A DNA stretch of 64,000 bases from Octopus vulgaris (GCA_951406725.2 OX597815.1:215264001-215328000), one strand, 5' to 3'; numbered from the stretch's first letter, positions 41,222 through 55,942 are shown. The notes: generated by a model not told the origin, from the sequence alone. Numbers and translations are program-made.

Positions 41222-42000
41222 TCAGACAAATGATACTTTCCTTATGATGTGCGCTGTGGCCATCAAGTCTGCTTTTTGCAAGGCATAAATCTTGCATGGG
41301 ATTTCCATTTGCCTTAAAAAGTCTTGAAGTTTCAGTGGGTTTGGGCCCAAAGCTCCGATCACCACTGGTATCACTTTTACATTACCCTCTCGCATTCCAT
41401 ACAATCTTGCCATTTCCGCTTTCATTTCGGAGTACTTGCTGATTCTTTCAACCCCTTTACTCACAACATTGTTGTCATTTGGTATGGTTACATCAATGAT
41501 CTGACAGTATTTGTCTCTCTTATTCAATATGACAACATCCGGCAGACGGTGTTCGACAACACGATCCGTCTGAAAATCATATTCCCAGAGTATCGTTACT
41601 TGTACATCTTCCTGAATAACTTTACTTGGTACATGCTCATACCAGTTCTCTGTTACTTCATATTGGTATTTATGGCATAAATGCCAATGAAGATACACAC
41701 ACACTTTATCGTGGCGGCGCTAGTATTCTTTTTGTGCAAGGCTCTCACATCTACTTCTCAAGTGGGTCACATTTTCCACACTCTTTCCACAGTCTGCATT
41801 TCTGGGTGTCAGAAGTTTTATAGATGTTATACTTCACTGAATTGGTAGCGAGAGCCTGGTCTTATGCAACAATGATCAGGCTTTCAGTGGTTCGCTTCAA
41901 ATCACCTCGCTCAAGCCATGCCCACGATGCTGTATTATCTTTAACGTCCTATTTATTCTTTTCAAACTGTCCATGCATTCTCATTTAAAGAAGGTATTCG
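41222..42000 (-). mobile_element. Older, divergent RLE-type LINE 3' remnant
   Basis: ORF 41222-41704 (LHWHLC...ILWE...PDVVI...IIDVTIP...VIPVVIGALG...HIIRKV) is homologous to the C-terminus of the adjacent LINE. Confidence 0.8.
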
Positions 42001-42349
42001 TTTCCCTTCTCCTCAACACTTTGGATTATCCTCCTCTTCCCTACCACCAAATTCCCGACACTAAAATGTCCCTAAACTACGATAAAATAGAATCGTTTCA
42101 AGTGGCTAGTAATCTTATTTAAAAGTACTATATTATTCAATATGTAAGCTAAAAGAGAATAGAACCTTGATGCTTCCACTTTCTACTAGAAAGCATGTCA
42201 CATTATTGATGTTATTAACAACACTTAGAAAATAAATGTCATGACGTTTATAAACCTGCTCAAATTTTATAATCTTTGTTTCTTGTCAAATCACATAGGA
42301 ATTTCTCTGTTGATCTGAAACGCATTCAGAGTTCTCTTTATTATTACAG

Positions 42350-42507
42350 TTACCTCGAAAACAATAACCTTATGAAGTGTGGATGTCACTTGCCAGCCTT
42401 CGTTAAGTATATTAAAAAAGTCTATAACAGAAATCTGGATGTCTCTGGCACGTGTCAGGAAGGCTCAGGGAAACGAATACCTATACTGGATTATTCGCAA
42501 TGTCAAA
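42350..42507 (+). CDS. LRR C-terminal cap exon (YLENNNLMKCGCHLPAFVKYIKKVYNRNLDVSGTCQEGSGKRIPILDYSQCQ)
   Basis: ttattacag|T...A|gtaagt, phase 2-1; N-x(3-4)-CxC...C...C LRRCT pattern. Confidence 0.88.
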
Positions 42508-42713
42508 GTAAGTAAAATTCTCGTTTCTTCTTTTCTTTTATTATTAACACTAAGAAAATCCGGGTTATTCTCTGAAGCTTGCAATATCATGTCTTATGAA
42601 AGGGAAACTATAGATAAAGATATGAGGAATAAACGTTTTACCATTCGCACGCTTTTCATTCACATCTTCTCTCTAACGAACTTATAGATTCAACTGTATC
42701 ACACAAACCATCA

Positions 42714-42764
<51 letters not shown>

Positions 42765-43239
42765 ACACACGGGCGCGCGCACACACACATGCACAAATAT
42801 ACATATGCAAACATTCACAACAGCGCACACATGAATGTACGCTCACATGTACACACACATATGCACACAGACATACTCTCTAACCCTCTCTCTCACGTAC
42901 ATTCTCATTCTTAACTACATAAGCATAGAACAAAAGCAAATGAGTCATTGAAGCGGTCACGAATGACAACAAAATGTCGCTAACAACCATAACTGGTTGA
43001 TAGGTTAACCAAACGGTTAATCAAACATTCATTTAGTTAATTCGTTAACAAATTGTTAACAAAGTGACGAATATTAAAGTGAAATAGAACCAGTACGTGT
43101 GTTTATTATTGGCTAAATGACCCTCCCGAGATACAAAAAATGTTCCAGCATTCGATCCTGAGAAGAGGAAAACTTGGTAACAAAACCAAGCACACTATCT
43201 TCAGTTTGGTTTTCGTGCCCATCCTCATCTGTGGTCATG

Positions 43240-43640
43240 TATATTGGCTAACTACTGAACGAGTCTGATCGCAAACAGAAGCGGCCGAAATGTGATTCCT
43301 CCGAAAAAACTGGAGTAGCTTTACTCGACACAGTGTGTACCTTGGAGATGAGGGAGTCTCTCCAGATCGAGTCGGTACTTTTCCGTATTGTGCCTCTACA
43401 TTTCCGGTAATGCGGACATGCGATTAGGATGTCACATGACAAAATCGCAAGATCGAATCTTTAAAATGATGCAAAACAGCAGAGAATGTAGAGGTAGACC
43501 AAAAAGAGATGGCTAGAAAATATCCATTGCCTTATTTGGTCATGCTTGAGAATGCAATCAGCATGTGTATTGGCAGTTGCCTCTGATAGTACACTATGCA
43601 GGAGGTACCTGAGGCACCGGATGTCCTCATGACCCTCCCA
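43240..43640 (+). mobile_element. Probable RTE-like LINE 3' remnant
   Basis: Degenerate GHAIRM...GRPKKRWLENI motifs. Confidence 0.5.
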
Positions 43641-43829
43641 GGAATAATGAGCGTTGAAGATGGTAGATGGATGGATATACAGAGTGTCGGTATTAAATAT
43701 AACGATTTTATGTCATATTATATTAAGTAAAACTTAGTGTATTGGTAAAGAGTCAAAGGCGTTGGAGAGCATAAATATAAAGTTGTAGCTGACAAAAAGC
43801 TGATATGGAGGACTGGAAGCCATCTAAAT

Positions 43830-44034
43830 ATTCTTTTCTACTATAGGCACAAGGCCCGATATTTGGGGGGAGAGGGCCAGTCGATTAGATCGACCCCAGT
43901 ACGCAACTGCTACCCCGAAAGGATGAAAGGCAAAGTCGACCTCGGTGAAATTTGAACTCAGAACGTGAAAAAAACAGACGAAATACTGCTAAGCTTTGCG
44001 CCCGGTGTGTTAACGTTTCTGCCAGCTTGCCGCC
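43830..44034 (-). mobile_element. SINE family 2 copy
   Basis: Reverse complement begins ggcggcaagctggcagaaacgttaac...gagttcaaatttcaccgaggtcgactttgcc. Confidence 0.78.
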
Positions 44035-45419
44035 TTGAAAGCCATCTAAATATTGGAAAAGAGATACCTGTATTCATGATAATCCATGACGGTTACCAAA
44101 ATTCAGACACCATCACTGCTGTTCAATGCTCTGTGAACACTGTAAAGGCAGCAAGACGTGACACGGACAGTTGCAGTAGAATCTATAGGATAAAACTCGA
44201 ATACGAGAGAAAAGTTGCTTCAGAAGATCAAATACCAAGACAAGAAAAAAAAGAGCAAAATGCAGGCAGAACATTCAGTAATGTAAAATGTCTGAAAAAG
44301 ATGGCACACCTCATGAAGGTCAAATAATGTAAACGGTACAAGCAATGGGTTGGTACACATGGGTTAAGTGAGAAACAGAAAATGGCTGACGAATGGAGAG
44401 AAGAGCAAAAGTGGTTTTATTCGAAGAAGAGTGAACACGAATGGAAAGGGAGAGAAGAAGGGTGCGGTATGTGTGCGTATAGGGGAGGTAAACTGTTGCA
44501 GTTAGTAGGAGCCAAGCAGTAGTGGGAGGAAAAGGGAGGAGGAGGAGGAGAGAGAAGTGAGTGGTTTAGAGATACAAAGCAAAACGTTGGGTGTAAGAGT
44601 GAATGTGTGAGGGCAGCACTTGTGAGTATGGGTATGTGTGTGTGAGTGTGTGTATGTGTTTGAAGAGTGAGTGTGCGGGAATATGTATGAGTCTATGTAC
44701 CAGTGTGTATGCATTTGTATGTGTGTGTGTGTGTGTATGTGTGTGTGTGTTTGTGTGTAATAAAGTGTGAAGAGAGTAACTGTGCTACCGAAGTGAGATG
44801 TGTAGGTAGAAACTGTGGTCTAGCGTGTGAAGTGTGTATTAAGTGTAAATGTGAGCGGAGGGACAAATAATGTGTGGATGTGGGTTGGTAAGAGTGATGC
44901 TACGGAGGAGAGAGAGGTAGAAAACGAAGTAGAGAGGTAAAGAATATTTTTAGTGCTTAGCCAGGAAGACAGTCAATGCTCATTATCATTCAGAAGGCTG
45001 CTGTGATTGGTTGGGGGAAAGTAGGAAGATATCCTGAAACCAAAGACCTGCCTTGATTGTTTACAACAGAGAAGACTCCGGCATAAACAGCGAAGGTTCC
45101 AAATGACAGACTTAAAATGGGGTCCGATTAAGCACATCACTCGAGAGAATATACGAGTCAGTATGTATATGTATGTACATACGCACATACATACATACAT
45201 ACATACATACATGCATACATACATACATACATACATATATACATACATACGTACATACGTACATATATGAATACATACATACATACATACGTACATACAT
45301 ACATACTCATGGATGCTACAAGCCCTTCATCTAGCTAAATTTCCTGTGAGCCATAATCAAAGCCATAGCTGACCTGATTCCATTGTGGAACACCATCATG
45401 AAATTAAACACAAAGAGTG

Positions 45420-46460
45420 ATTATTATCACTGACAGAATACAATATCGCAAAGGCATATTCCGAGGGGACAACCTCGTGGTGATGTTGTTTATACTTTCT
45501 GTAAACCCTATGTCATTCATGTTAAGGATATCTCATTGGTTCACAAGGAAACAGAAATTCCAAAATTGAACGCTGTTTCTTTGTGGATGACTTAAAACAT
45601 TATGCAAAGAATATGGATGAGATGAAAAAGAGCCTTGACCAAGCTACAACATTCTCAAAAAATGTAGGGTTGGGGTTTGTTCAGGATAAATGTTATATGA
45701 TTGTGAAAAGGGGGGAAAATGTAAACCAGACTAGCAGCATCGCCATCAATGACCTGACTGTTTCCCCTATATCTGATGAGGAATGTTACAGATATCTTGG
45801 GGTGGATGAAAATATATCTCATAAAAGCGCCTATAACAAAGCAAATGCTTTTTTTAAAGGTGCCATTACGTTACAGGTGTCATTAAAGAATAAAGAAAGA
45901 ATATTACAGCTGAATGAATAAAATTTGGACCTCAGAAATCTATGCATTCAATAAAACATTGGCCCACAACGTGTTTGCTGTGCAAGTACTCATACTAACA
46001 TTTGGGCTGTTTTATTGGACACTTGATGAGGTTCGAGCTGTTTATGTGAAAACCCCGAAAATACTGACAAGTACACATAATTTCCACATAAACAGTGATG
46101 TAGACCGCCTCTCCTTAAAAGGAAAACAAGGCGGTAGGGGCTGAATATCGATGCCAAATGTCTTTGAATGTCGTATCATATCCTTTCAGTAACATCTTAT
46201 AACTACAAATGACGAAGTGCATCCCTTGACCAAGTTTGCATAATTCATATGACTTGGAAGGCAGCTCCTTGTGCAACATTCCTTATCTGATAATATAGAA
46301 TATATGCTCAAAGAGGTCGCATGACTCTACCGCAACGTATCATTAGATGAACGGATGAGGATCTATGAACAGAAGACTATGCATGGTTATGTTGGTAGAA
46401 AGTTCCGAAATGATAGAAACATTGATGCTGTTGAAATTCCAATGAAGCATCCGTAGATTT
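45420..46460 (+). mobile_element. Decayed RLE-type LINE RT remnant
   Basis: FVDDLKHYA...YRYLGV...NVFAV...HINSDVDRL...GGRG motifs across broken frames. Confidence 0.75.
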
Positions 46461-46654
46461 AGGAAATAACAGTGAATAATGACATGTATACATACATAAT
46501 ACATGCATACATACATACTTACATAAATACACACATACATACATACATACATACATACACACACACATACTTACATACATACACACATACATACATATAT
46601 AATACATACACACATACATGCATACCTACATACATGCATACATACATACATCAT

Positions 46655-46850
46655 TCATTCATTGTTCGACCGTGGTCGAGACAATGGAATTTACTATGTT
46701 ACGCCAGACTTCACGGTCCATCATAGCATTACGGAGGTCCTGTTCCTGGATGCCTGTATCCCTGGAGATTACATCAGGGTAGGAGAGTGTGCGCCGTCTG
46801 GCATTGCGAGTAGATGGCTTCCAGAGGAGAAGAGTAGAAATTACTTCTTT
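46655..46850 (-). mobile_element. RTE-like LINE extreme 3' end embedded in (CATA)n
   Basis: STLLLWKP...LSYPDVISRDTG...LRNAMMDREVWR followed by a short (TGAA)n tail. Confidence 0.65.
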
Positions 46851-47535
46851 TTTACTTACATACATACTCACATACACACATACATACATACACACACATA
46901 CATACATACACACATACATACATACATACATACATACATACATACATACATACATACATACATACATACATACATACATACATACATACATACATACATA
47001 CATACATACATACATACATACATACATACATACATACATAAACGTGTGTATATTGGAAAAAGTACCATATTGGTGATCATATTTTTTATTGTTTATCCAA
47101 ATATTGTTTAGCTCACTTCACATATTGTGGCCTTCTTCACATTCTATATGACATTGTAACATAACTTAAATGAGATTCTCAGGTTTCATTAGGGAGTTTC
47201 CACTGCAACAATGCTTGCAACTTTCGAATTTCATCCCTTTATTTGACTTGATCAACGATTTTCACGTGTTTGTTACATCAGAATACTAAAAGGACAACAA
47301 GTGACTTTCATGCTTCTCTCAGTTGAATTTGTGACATTATTGAAACATTTCCAAATGAACATAAAAATAGGTTTATAGTCTTTGTTAATAATTTGCTTTA
47401 TATGTCTAACATGTATTGATTTCAATACTAACGCGTATACATTTTTGTTTTACATCATAAGGAAAATATTTCTTGTTATTGCTATGCATTGCATTATTTG
47501 GTTCATAAATACAGATATTTACTTGTATTCTGTAG

Positions 47536-47621
47536 ATTACTCGTTATATCAACGGAATTTACAGTGTCAAACATGTTCAGGAATGATGTGCAATGAAGTG
47601 ACAAGCTGTCCAAGAGCAGAG
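47536..47621 (+). CDS. Exon: first half of Ly6/uPAR-like domain (YSLYQRNLQCQTCSGMMCNEVTSCPRAE)
   Basis: ttctgtag|AT...GAG|gtaaac, phase 1-0; LxCxxC start typical of LU domains. Confidence 0.85.
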
Positions 47622-49580
47622 GTAAACTGGAATATTACTTTCTTCCTTTTCGTTAAAATATATCCACAACCGTCACTCGAAAGCCATTAAGTCCACATAG
47701 ATTGTACTATGCTTTCGCTAGTTTTTTATGTACCTGCGTAGACATACACACACCCTATCGATCTTCTTATTCATGACTCAATGGGACGAGAAGGATGTGA
47801 CGATTGAAGAGAGAAATAGATGAACATCACTAGGTTGGGACACATTTCATTTGATTAGACTGGAACAAAGTGAATTGAAGTGCCTTGTTCAAGGACACAA
47901 CGTTCTTCCCTGTCCAGGAATCCCTATTCAAGAAACGAACACACGAACTTAGAGTGACCTTTCTCCGAAAAACATGGCTGTCCTTAGAGTAGGATGCATG
48001 AATGTATGTGGCCTTAAGTCAACTTGGAATCAAGGTTCCTTGTCGAATGACTTCGGGTCACCAACCTTAGAGGGGTAACTGGAAGTCGGACCTGGCCCTA
48101 CCAGCTCGCAAACATTACAGGGAGCGGATTGAATAAGTTAAGAAGCAAATGATAGTTTTCTTTCGTCTGGTGGCCATAGCAAAAGAGGTTGTTTGATGTA
48201 CGAGGTTATGAAATATTCGGAACAGATTAAATCTTCCCTCACATCAAGTAGTACAATAAGCTCTCCAGAACATAATAGGTGGGGGTCATATTGTTTCATA
48301 GAAAGGTAAAACCTATAACTTTAAAACGCAGCTAAAACACAATTAAAAAATGTCAGGTATATCTCTGAATACACAGTTGTACATTGGTGAAAGAAACACA
48401 AGAGAAACAATAAAAGACACCGGTAATGACACAGATCAATGCTTCACATTAACTGATCTACGAGAATATAGGAGAGTAGAGCGTGACATAAGAGCATGGC
48501 TGCATTCTGTTGTCTGTTTTATTGTCTGTTCTCATCTCAGACCTTTCTGTTTTCTTGAAGCTGAGTTAGCTTATTTAATGATTCATTCATTTGCAATCAC
48601 CGACTCCATTGGCTTTTTTGAAGACGGCAGCCTACCGACACTATCATTGGTTATTTCTTCATGACGTCCTCACTCAGTTTGGGAGATCTTTCTAAAAATT
48701 TTCCGTGATTGGAAGAAACGTGTTTCAATTCCAAGCTAAGGCAATGCATATCTTATTTCTAACTTCAATGTCTACATTTTGATTGCTTTTATTATTGTTA
48801 GGTGTTTGCGATTATTAATTGCGTTTTCATGATGGATTCTTTTCTTTAAATATTCTTCTCCATTTCTGATGTTTTTCGCTTTCAGAATGTCCCTTATTAA
48901 GTTTACAAGTCGTTGATGTTTTCTCTTCAAATTTTATACTAATATACCGTATTTTCATATAAAATATACTTGCAAAATAAAATGAAGTTTCTCTTGTGTT
49001 CGTTTTATGTATTTTCTGTTTTATTTGTTTGGACTGAGGAGTTCAAACTGGCAATTTTATTTCATTATCATCTTTGGGTAAAGGCATATTAGTTTCTGTT
49101 GTTGGTGAGTTTTGTACGCATGATTTTCCGTAAATTTTATATGAAAAATTCCTCTTGAGCATTCCTCCAGTAAGAAGAAATTTTAGAGAATTGATACATC
49201 TTTATTGGGATAATTTGACCTATTTTAAGTTGGGCGATGGGTGACAGTGCGATGCGATTTTGATACAGACCGTGATCCGATGGCCATATCTACTTGTGAT
49301 CAGAGAGCTCGGGACACTGTAAGCATTTAAAACATGATTTTTGAATACTAAATAGCAATGAATTTTACAGAAGTTTACTTATGCTGTTAACTTACAACAA
49401 TTCGGCAACTCTTTTACGGTTTCATTTATTGCTTTTGGGTATTTTAAAGCAATGATTAAACTTACTTGCATGTTAAACATCCCCAGTGGTGTTGCTTCTG
49501 TTGTTGTTGCTGTAATTTGCCGTAATCGTACTAATGAATATTTTGGTTTTAGTGTATAATTTTCATATCTATTATTACAG

Positions 49581-49764
49581 CCTGTATGCCGATTCGCCAT
49601 ATCAATGAACGGTGTTAAACTGAAGACTGAAAGGTCCTGCAGCACATACAGAAAATGTGTTGAAGCTATGAGAAACAATAACCTTACATGCAATAAACGG
49701 ACCAATGGCAAGTTTTGTGTTGGTTGTTGCGTTGGACACTTATGTAACAAGAATGATTTCATTG
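49581..49764 (+). CDS. Exon: second half of Ly6/uPAR-like domain (PVCRFAISMNGVKLKTERSCSTYRKCVEAMRNNNLTCNKRTNGKFCVGCCVGHLCNKNDFI)
   Basis: ttattacag|CCT...G|gtaagt, phase 0-1; ends in CxxCCxxxxCN, the LU/three-finger signature. Confidence 0.88.
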
Positions 49765-49877
49765 GTAAGTGTTATTTATTGTCTAATATAACACCAACAA
49801 GTTTATTACAAATTGATAGTTAATAAGAACATTTTATAGTAATTAATATACGGGAAAATATTTTGATGTGTGTATAC

Positions 49878-49949
<72 letters not shown>

Positions 49950-50044
49950 GTGTGTATATATATATTGTTTGCAATACTCTCTCTCCCTCTCTCCCTCCCC
50001 TCTCTCTCTCGCTCTCTCTAACACACACACACACACACACACAG

Positions 50045-50335
50045 ATTGAATCAAACACCACGACATGAAGGAAAAGAGTAAAAGAGAGCACTTTTGCCGA
50101 GTGAGCAAAATATTGGTTAGAAAGCTGAATGCCTGAAACATAATTTCGGCGATAAACTCGCACGCAGTCGCAGTAGTGCGGTTTGACGCTTGAAAACTGA
50201 AGTGGACAGAGGAGAAGCTAAAGGAGATGGACAGGAAGTCAAGAAAGGCCCTAACGAAGTATGGAGCCCATCATCCACGTGCTGACATTGATAGCCGATA
50301 CACGAAGAGAGCGAAAGGAAGAAAGGGACTGATAA

Positions 50336-50338
<3 letters not shown>
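50045..50338 (+). mobile_element. Short decayed RLE-type LINE fragment (paralog of 62511-63060)
   Basis: [33 protein letters not shown]...GRKGLIS, homologous to WTRNEL..IDRKTRK..HHPKSDIERLY..GGRGL. Confidence 0.75.
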
Positions 50339-50373
<35 letters not shown>

Positions 50374-50375
50374 AT

Positions 50376-50445
<70 letters not shown>

Positions 50446-50735
50446 TTAATAATAATAATAATAATTGTTATTTGAGGGAATAAAATCCAAACTTACAAGG
50501 AAAAAATTCAATTTAGAAATACTAAATCAAATTTCACACAATATAAGATATATATAAAAAATAAAAATAAAAAAAACACCTTTTATCAATTCAAAATGAA
50601 CAATTAAATTACACCATCTAGAAAATTACTTATAATAGAAATATAAAAATTAAAATAACTATAAAATGTCGATGATTAAGTAAATTGCAAAAAATGATAA
50701 TAATAAAAACGTATATAATAGGTAGATTAAGAATA

Positions 50736-50793
<58 letters not shown>

Positions 50794-50913
50794 TTTTTAA
50801 GTATATATGTGATTATGAATGTATATTTTTATCTATGTATGTGGGTTTTATGTGCATCTATGACGTGTGTCTCATTTATAAACGCAGCGATTATTTTCTA
50901 TATCAATCCATAG

Positions 50914-50996
50914 GCTGGACCAAATCCTTCGTATTTCGTTTGATTTTTAAGAAGTTCAACGAATATAAAATCCCTGCTGAGAACATATCAAGAGCC
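50914..50996 (+). CDS. Exon: SEA-like domain part 1 (GWTKSFVFRLIFKKFNEYKIPAENISRA)
   Basis: tccatag|GC...GCC|gtgagt, phase 1-0, fits both neighbours. Alternating hydrophobic beta-strand followed by a helix. The SEA label is an inference. Confidence 0.75.
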
Positions 50997-51332
50997 GTGA
51001 GTAGATATCTGCCCTCTCTCTCTCTCTCTTTCTCCGCACACAGACGCGCGTGCGCGCACATACACACACATACACACACACACACATGCATATTTTATAG
51101 AAGAAATGTGAAACGTCAAATAAAAAGTGAGGTTTCATGAAATTCAGACAATCAACTCCATTTACTGATAGTAAACTATTACATAAAAGTTTCTTTTTTA
51201 ACTTACTGAATTTTTGCTGGTCAATAAAAACACTGTTCTATCCACTATTTTGTCTTAATATATTCCGTGATATAATTTCCGATTCAGACAGTAAATAAAA
51301 TCCTACTCAAATATTCACTAATCTTGTGTTTA

Positions 51333-51407
<75 letters not shown>

Positions 51408-51562
51408 GAACATCTGTAATCACACTCTTCCCTTTGGTAATATTTTTCTTCTCTCAACATTTTCGATTTCCTTTCTGCCAAAGAGATATGCTCGGAACAT
51501 TAAAAACCCTTTCATTTCCCCCACTTTACCGAGTGTCAAGCTAATATATTTATATATAATTA

Positions 51563-51815
51563 TATTCTCAAACGCAGGATAATGCTAATATTATAGCATG
51601 AACAGGATAAACTATTCACCTGTTGCCGAAAACTCTGTCGGTGGCCAGTTTATGCGTCTTATAAAGCTAGATGTATATAGCCTAAATTTGCAGAAGTATT
51701 TGTATGGGGTGTGAGTTGTAGTCACATAGCTGGCCGCCGACAGATTTTTCTGCAAATTATGGATATTTCAACCGGTTCACGTTATATCATTAGCATTATC
51801 CTGCGTTTCAGAATA
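51563..51815. mobile_element. MITE-like fold-back element
   Basis: tattctcaaacgcaggataatgctaat pairs with attagcattatcctgcgtttcagaata (26 of 27 nt); inner tctgtcggtggccag pairs with ctggccgccgacaga. Confidence 0.8.
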
Positions 51816-51923
51816 AAATTATTTCTTTATTTTTCAATACATCTCAACGCTTTTAAATCAAACTTTGTTTCTTGAATTTAATGTATGTATATATATATAT
51901 ACATACACATCCGGCTTTTGCAG

Positions 51924-51976
51924 ATGGAGCATGACCTTTCAACCGTGACGGGAACATTTAGAGTTGAAGACTGTGG
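51924..51976 (+). CDS. Exon: SEA-like domain part 2 (MEHDLSTVTGTFRVEDCG)
   Basis: cttttgcag|ATG...GG|gtaagc, phase 0-2, fits the chain. Confidence 0.75.
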
Positions 51977-52424
51977 GTAAGCAAATGCTTCTAACACATT
52001 TATTCAAATTTATTTGGTTTTGTTCCAAACATTCGATTTTATTGCATGTATTATACATCACAATAATCAACAGTGTTGTTCTTGTGACCCACAATATACT
52101 AATTAATACATTCAATGAAATGTTTAAGTGTTTTATCAATGTTTTATTATACGAAGGACAAACAAACCCATATAAAGATACAGAGAGAACTGTATATATA
52201 TATATACATACACAGTCAAAAATTGTGAAGCATGACTGTCACCACTACTACATGAACCTGAAGATTGCAGAATTTAATGTATGAAAGTACTAGTTCAATC
52301 AGAATGAACATTTAACATTCTATTATTTTATTTTATTTTATTATATTATATTATATTATCTTATAATATATCATTATAAGATTGTAAATAAAACGTAAAA
52401 ATCAGACAAGGTTGGAATTCCTTT

Positions 52425-52483
<59 letters not shown>

Positions 52484-52505
52484 CATATATACATATACAT
52501 ACATG

Positions 52506-52553
<48 letters not shown>

Positions 52554-52789
52554 CGCATTGAGTCGAAACAGTGGTAGCTGAAGAAGGGGAATGTTCCTTG
52601 TATTGTTTTTCTTGCACTCTGTTTTTTCGTTGTTGAAAAAAGTCCGTTTCCTTGTTTTATTTTATGTTTTCGTTTCTCGTTGTGTTCTACGTTTATTTGT
52701 GGTGTCCTGTACTCATATATGCATGTATATACATATAGATGTAGGTATGTACATATATGTATGTTTTATTTATTAAATTGTTGTATATA

Positions 52790-52835
<46 letters not shown>

Positions 52836-53287
52836 CATATGCATACACACATATATATATACACACATATATATACACACATATATGGGTGTGTATATAA
52901 ATAAATTGAGGTGGGTATCGGCAATTTGAAACCAACAAGGAAATAATTCACAGTCACTAAGTGTGAAAAGAGTGCAGTGAGCACCAGCATTATTAGAAAT
53001 ATTAGTCATAGACTCCTTAGCCACAAAAAGACATATGGTCTGTTTGCATTGACAGTGGGGAGAACATTCCCCACGGTAAGCCAGATGGATTAGATTAGCA
53101 TGGCGATTTCTTATAGGAAGTTAATACTCATCAGCAATGCTCACTCCATTACGGCTGATGGAGGCTAACTCACGCCTCTCAGTATCATTGAGAATGCCAT
53201 AAGAATGAGTGATTGATTTCACAAAATGGCAATGTGAAGGTTATAAAATATTTAAGGTGGCTAACACGCAATTTAAAACCAACCGGG

Positions 53288-53367
<80 letters not shown>

Positions 53368-53899
53368 TAAAGTGTATTTAAAGATATATGCAGGGAGTGA
53401 AGACCTTCATGTGGATTTCTTAGTGGACGAATATATTCTTAAGACCAACTTTTAGTCACCCGCTTGTAGTTCTAGCCTTCTTCACTAATTCTGTTCTCAA
53501 CCATACTGAATGCGGTTATTTTAGCTATGATGATCCAATCCTGAGCTATATTTGAATATAGTGATAGAAAGCGATGTGAAAGACAGTGGTGATGGTGGTG
53601 GAGCGAAAAGTGATGAAAAGTAGTGATGGTGATGGCGTCAGAAGTCTGGATGGCGTGTGTATGGCAGATATGGTGGTGATGGTGGTGGTACTGTTGTTTA
53701 TCATGAAGCTTTGCAATAAGTTCCGAGTCGACAAATTATATCATTGCTTAGATGAAAATTGTTCATTGCTTGAGAAATATTCATGTTTCATGAAATTTAA
53801 TATGTACTCAATGCATGATGTCATTGTTGGGCCCAAGGATCAATAGGGCAGCTTTTGAACGAGTGTATGTATATTTATATATATATATATATATATATA

Positions 53900-54725
53900 T
53901 AACTTAGATAAAACTTAGATATGTTTCGACCAGAGATTGGTCCAGGCCATGTCTAACTTAATAGCACCACCTGATAGGATTATTCGAATCCTGTTTAAGT
54001 CAAGTTTTGTTCAAGTAGTGAGTTCTTGTTGGGTGAGTTGTATCCAGTTTTGTTCAAGTAGTGAGTTCTTGTTGGGTGAGTTGTATCCAATTATGGGTGG
54101 CTTATCTGGTATTCTTTGAAGGAATCTATCCAGACTCTGTTTGAAGTTGATGGGATCCTTTTCCTCTTTGATCTCCCTCGGGACAATGTTAAATAGGGCA
54201 GGGCCTGTTGAGGAAAAGAAATTATGTTGCAGTGTACATGTATGTTGTGATCATGAATTTGGCAGGGGACGTATAGCCCGTGGTCCAAGTCTTGGATGAA
54301 CCTTGAAGCTAATGTTTAGGTCGTTTGGGCAAAGTTGGCGGTATATTTTCCACATCGTACAAATGATGTACCGCTCACAGCGACGCTGGAGGGAGTAAAG
54401 TTTCAAGGCTTTAAGGCGATCCCAATAATCGAGAGCAGCCATGCCTTCAATTCGTTTAGTGAGAGCCCTCTGGGGTGACTCAATTCTGGAGATGTTTTGT
54501 CTTGTGTGAGGAGACCACAGTGGGCAGCAGTATTCAAGGTGTGGCCGTACAAAGGAGGAAAAAAGTGGGTATGATGACACCTTGTTCTCTGGACCGGAAA
54601 GTTCTTAAGATCCAGGAACTCATCCTACGAGCTATATCGACCTTCTTGTTGATGTGTGCACTCCAACTGAGATCGTCATCAACAATTACACCCAGGTCTC
54701 TGATATTGTTAGAGGCTGTGAGCGG
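53900..54725 (-). mobile_element. CR1-like LINE 3' remnant
   Basis: LFSSFVRPHLEYCCPLWSP...IESPQRALTKRI...LKLYSLQRRCERY. Contains a 43-bp tandem duplication at 54003-54088. Confidence 0.82.
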
Positions 54726-54895
54726 TATATATATTTATATATATACGGTATATATATAGCGGTATATATATACGGTATATATATAGCGGTATATATATAT
54801 ATCAATGTATGTATACTTCTATCTATCTAGATAGATAGATAGCTACATACATGCATACATACCGACATACATGTATGTATTTATTTTTATTTCAG

Positions 54896-55050
54896 CTCAA
54901 ACAGAAATAAAATATTTGCTATTTACTGTACAGTATTTAGCGAAATCACTGAAAGTCAACTACGGCACATTATCTCCGAAACTTTGAACAAATCCCAGGC
55001 ATTGCTTAACTTAGGAGTTTCGCAAAGCAAAATGAAATTCATTGATGAAA
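54896..55050 (+). CDS. Exon: SEA-like domain part 3 (SNRNKIFAIYCTVFSEITESQLRHIISETLNKSQALLNLGVSQSKMKFIDE)
   Basis: tttttatttcag|C...A|gtaagt, phase 2-1, open for 155 nt. Confidence 0.82.
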
Positions 55051-55942
55051 GTAAGTATCGTGTTTCTTATTAATTTTATCATCATTACCGTCATAATTAG
55101 CTTCATCAATCACCAACCTCTTCGCCGTTGTCGTCATCATCAACCACAGTAGATGATACCAAGCACACAGACTCTCTCACTCTCTCTCTCTCTCTCTCTC
55201 ACACAACTATTTATTTACATTTTCTCAAAGCTTGGATAATTTAAAAAAAACAGCATTTTATTTTGCGCTTTTCCGTTTCTTGTCCCTACGGAACTGTTTG
55301 TCTTTGCTCAATTTCTTTTTAATTATACCAATTAACCGAGGGCAAAAATGTTTTCTCCTTATTTTGTATAGAAGTAGAAGATGCAGACTCTACTGGGCAG
55401 AAAAATTCAAACAATTCCAGTAATTCAAACAGGAAAACTATTTAGTGCTGCAAATATTTTTCCTCAGCGGAATTTCATTTTGTTTGAAGTGATCATATTA
55501 ATTTTTGAATAAGAAACGATAGATGCACACACACAGCTCATACGCTTTAAACAATGTCTAAGAGATATAAGAGAGGAACAAATCATATCCCATTGCCGAA
55601 AAATGATATATTTTCTCTTCGTTTCCATTCATTTCATTTTACCATCGCCAAATCAATATAACATCTACCTATTTCTAGCATACATTAGGTTTTGCGTTTC
55701 CGGTCAGTATGTCTAAAGAGTGATCAATATATTGACGAAATTCAACACTAGAGGCCACGAAACAGACTAGCATTCTGAGTAGTCATATCCCGTAATCAGT
55801 TATATATTGCTCGAGAAAATATAAAAATATATATACATATACACACCTCTATTTCGGGATGGCATTTAAAAAAATATTTTTTTAAGAATATAAAAGTAAA
55901 TATATATTTAGAAGCATACATACATACATATATATACATATG

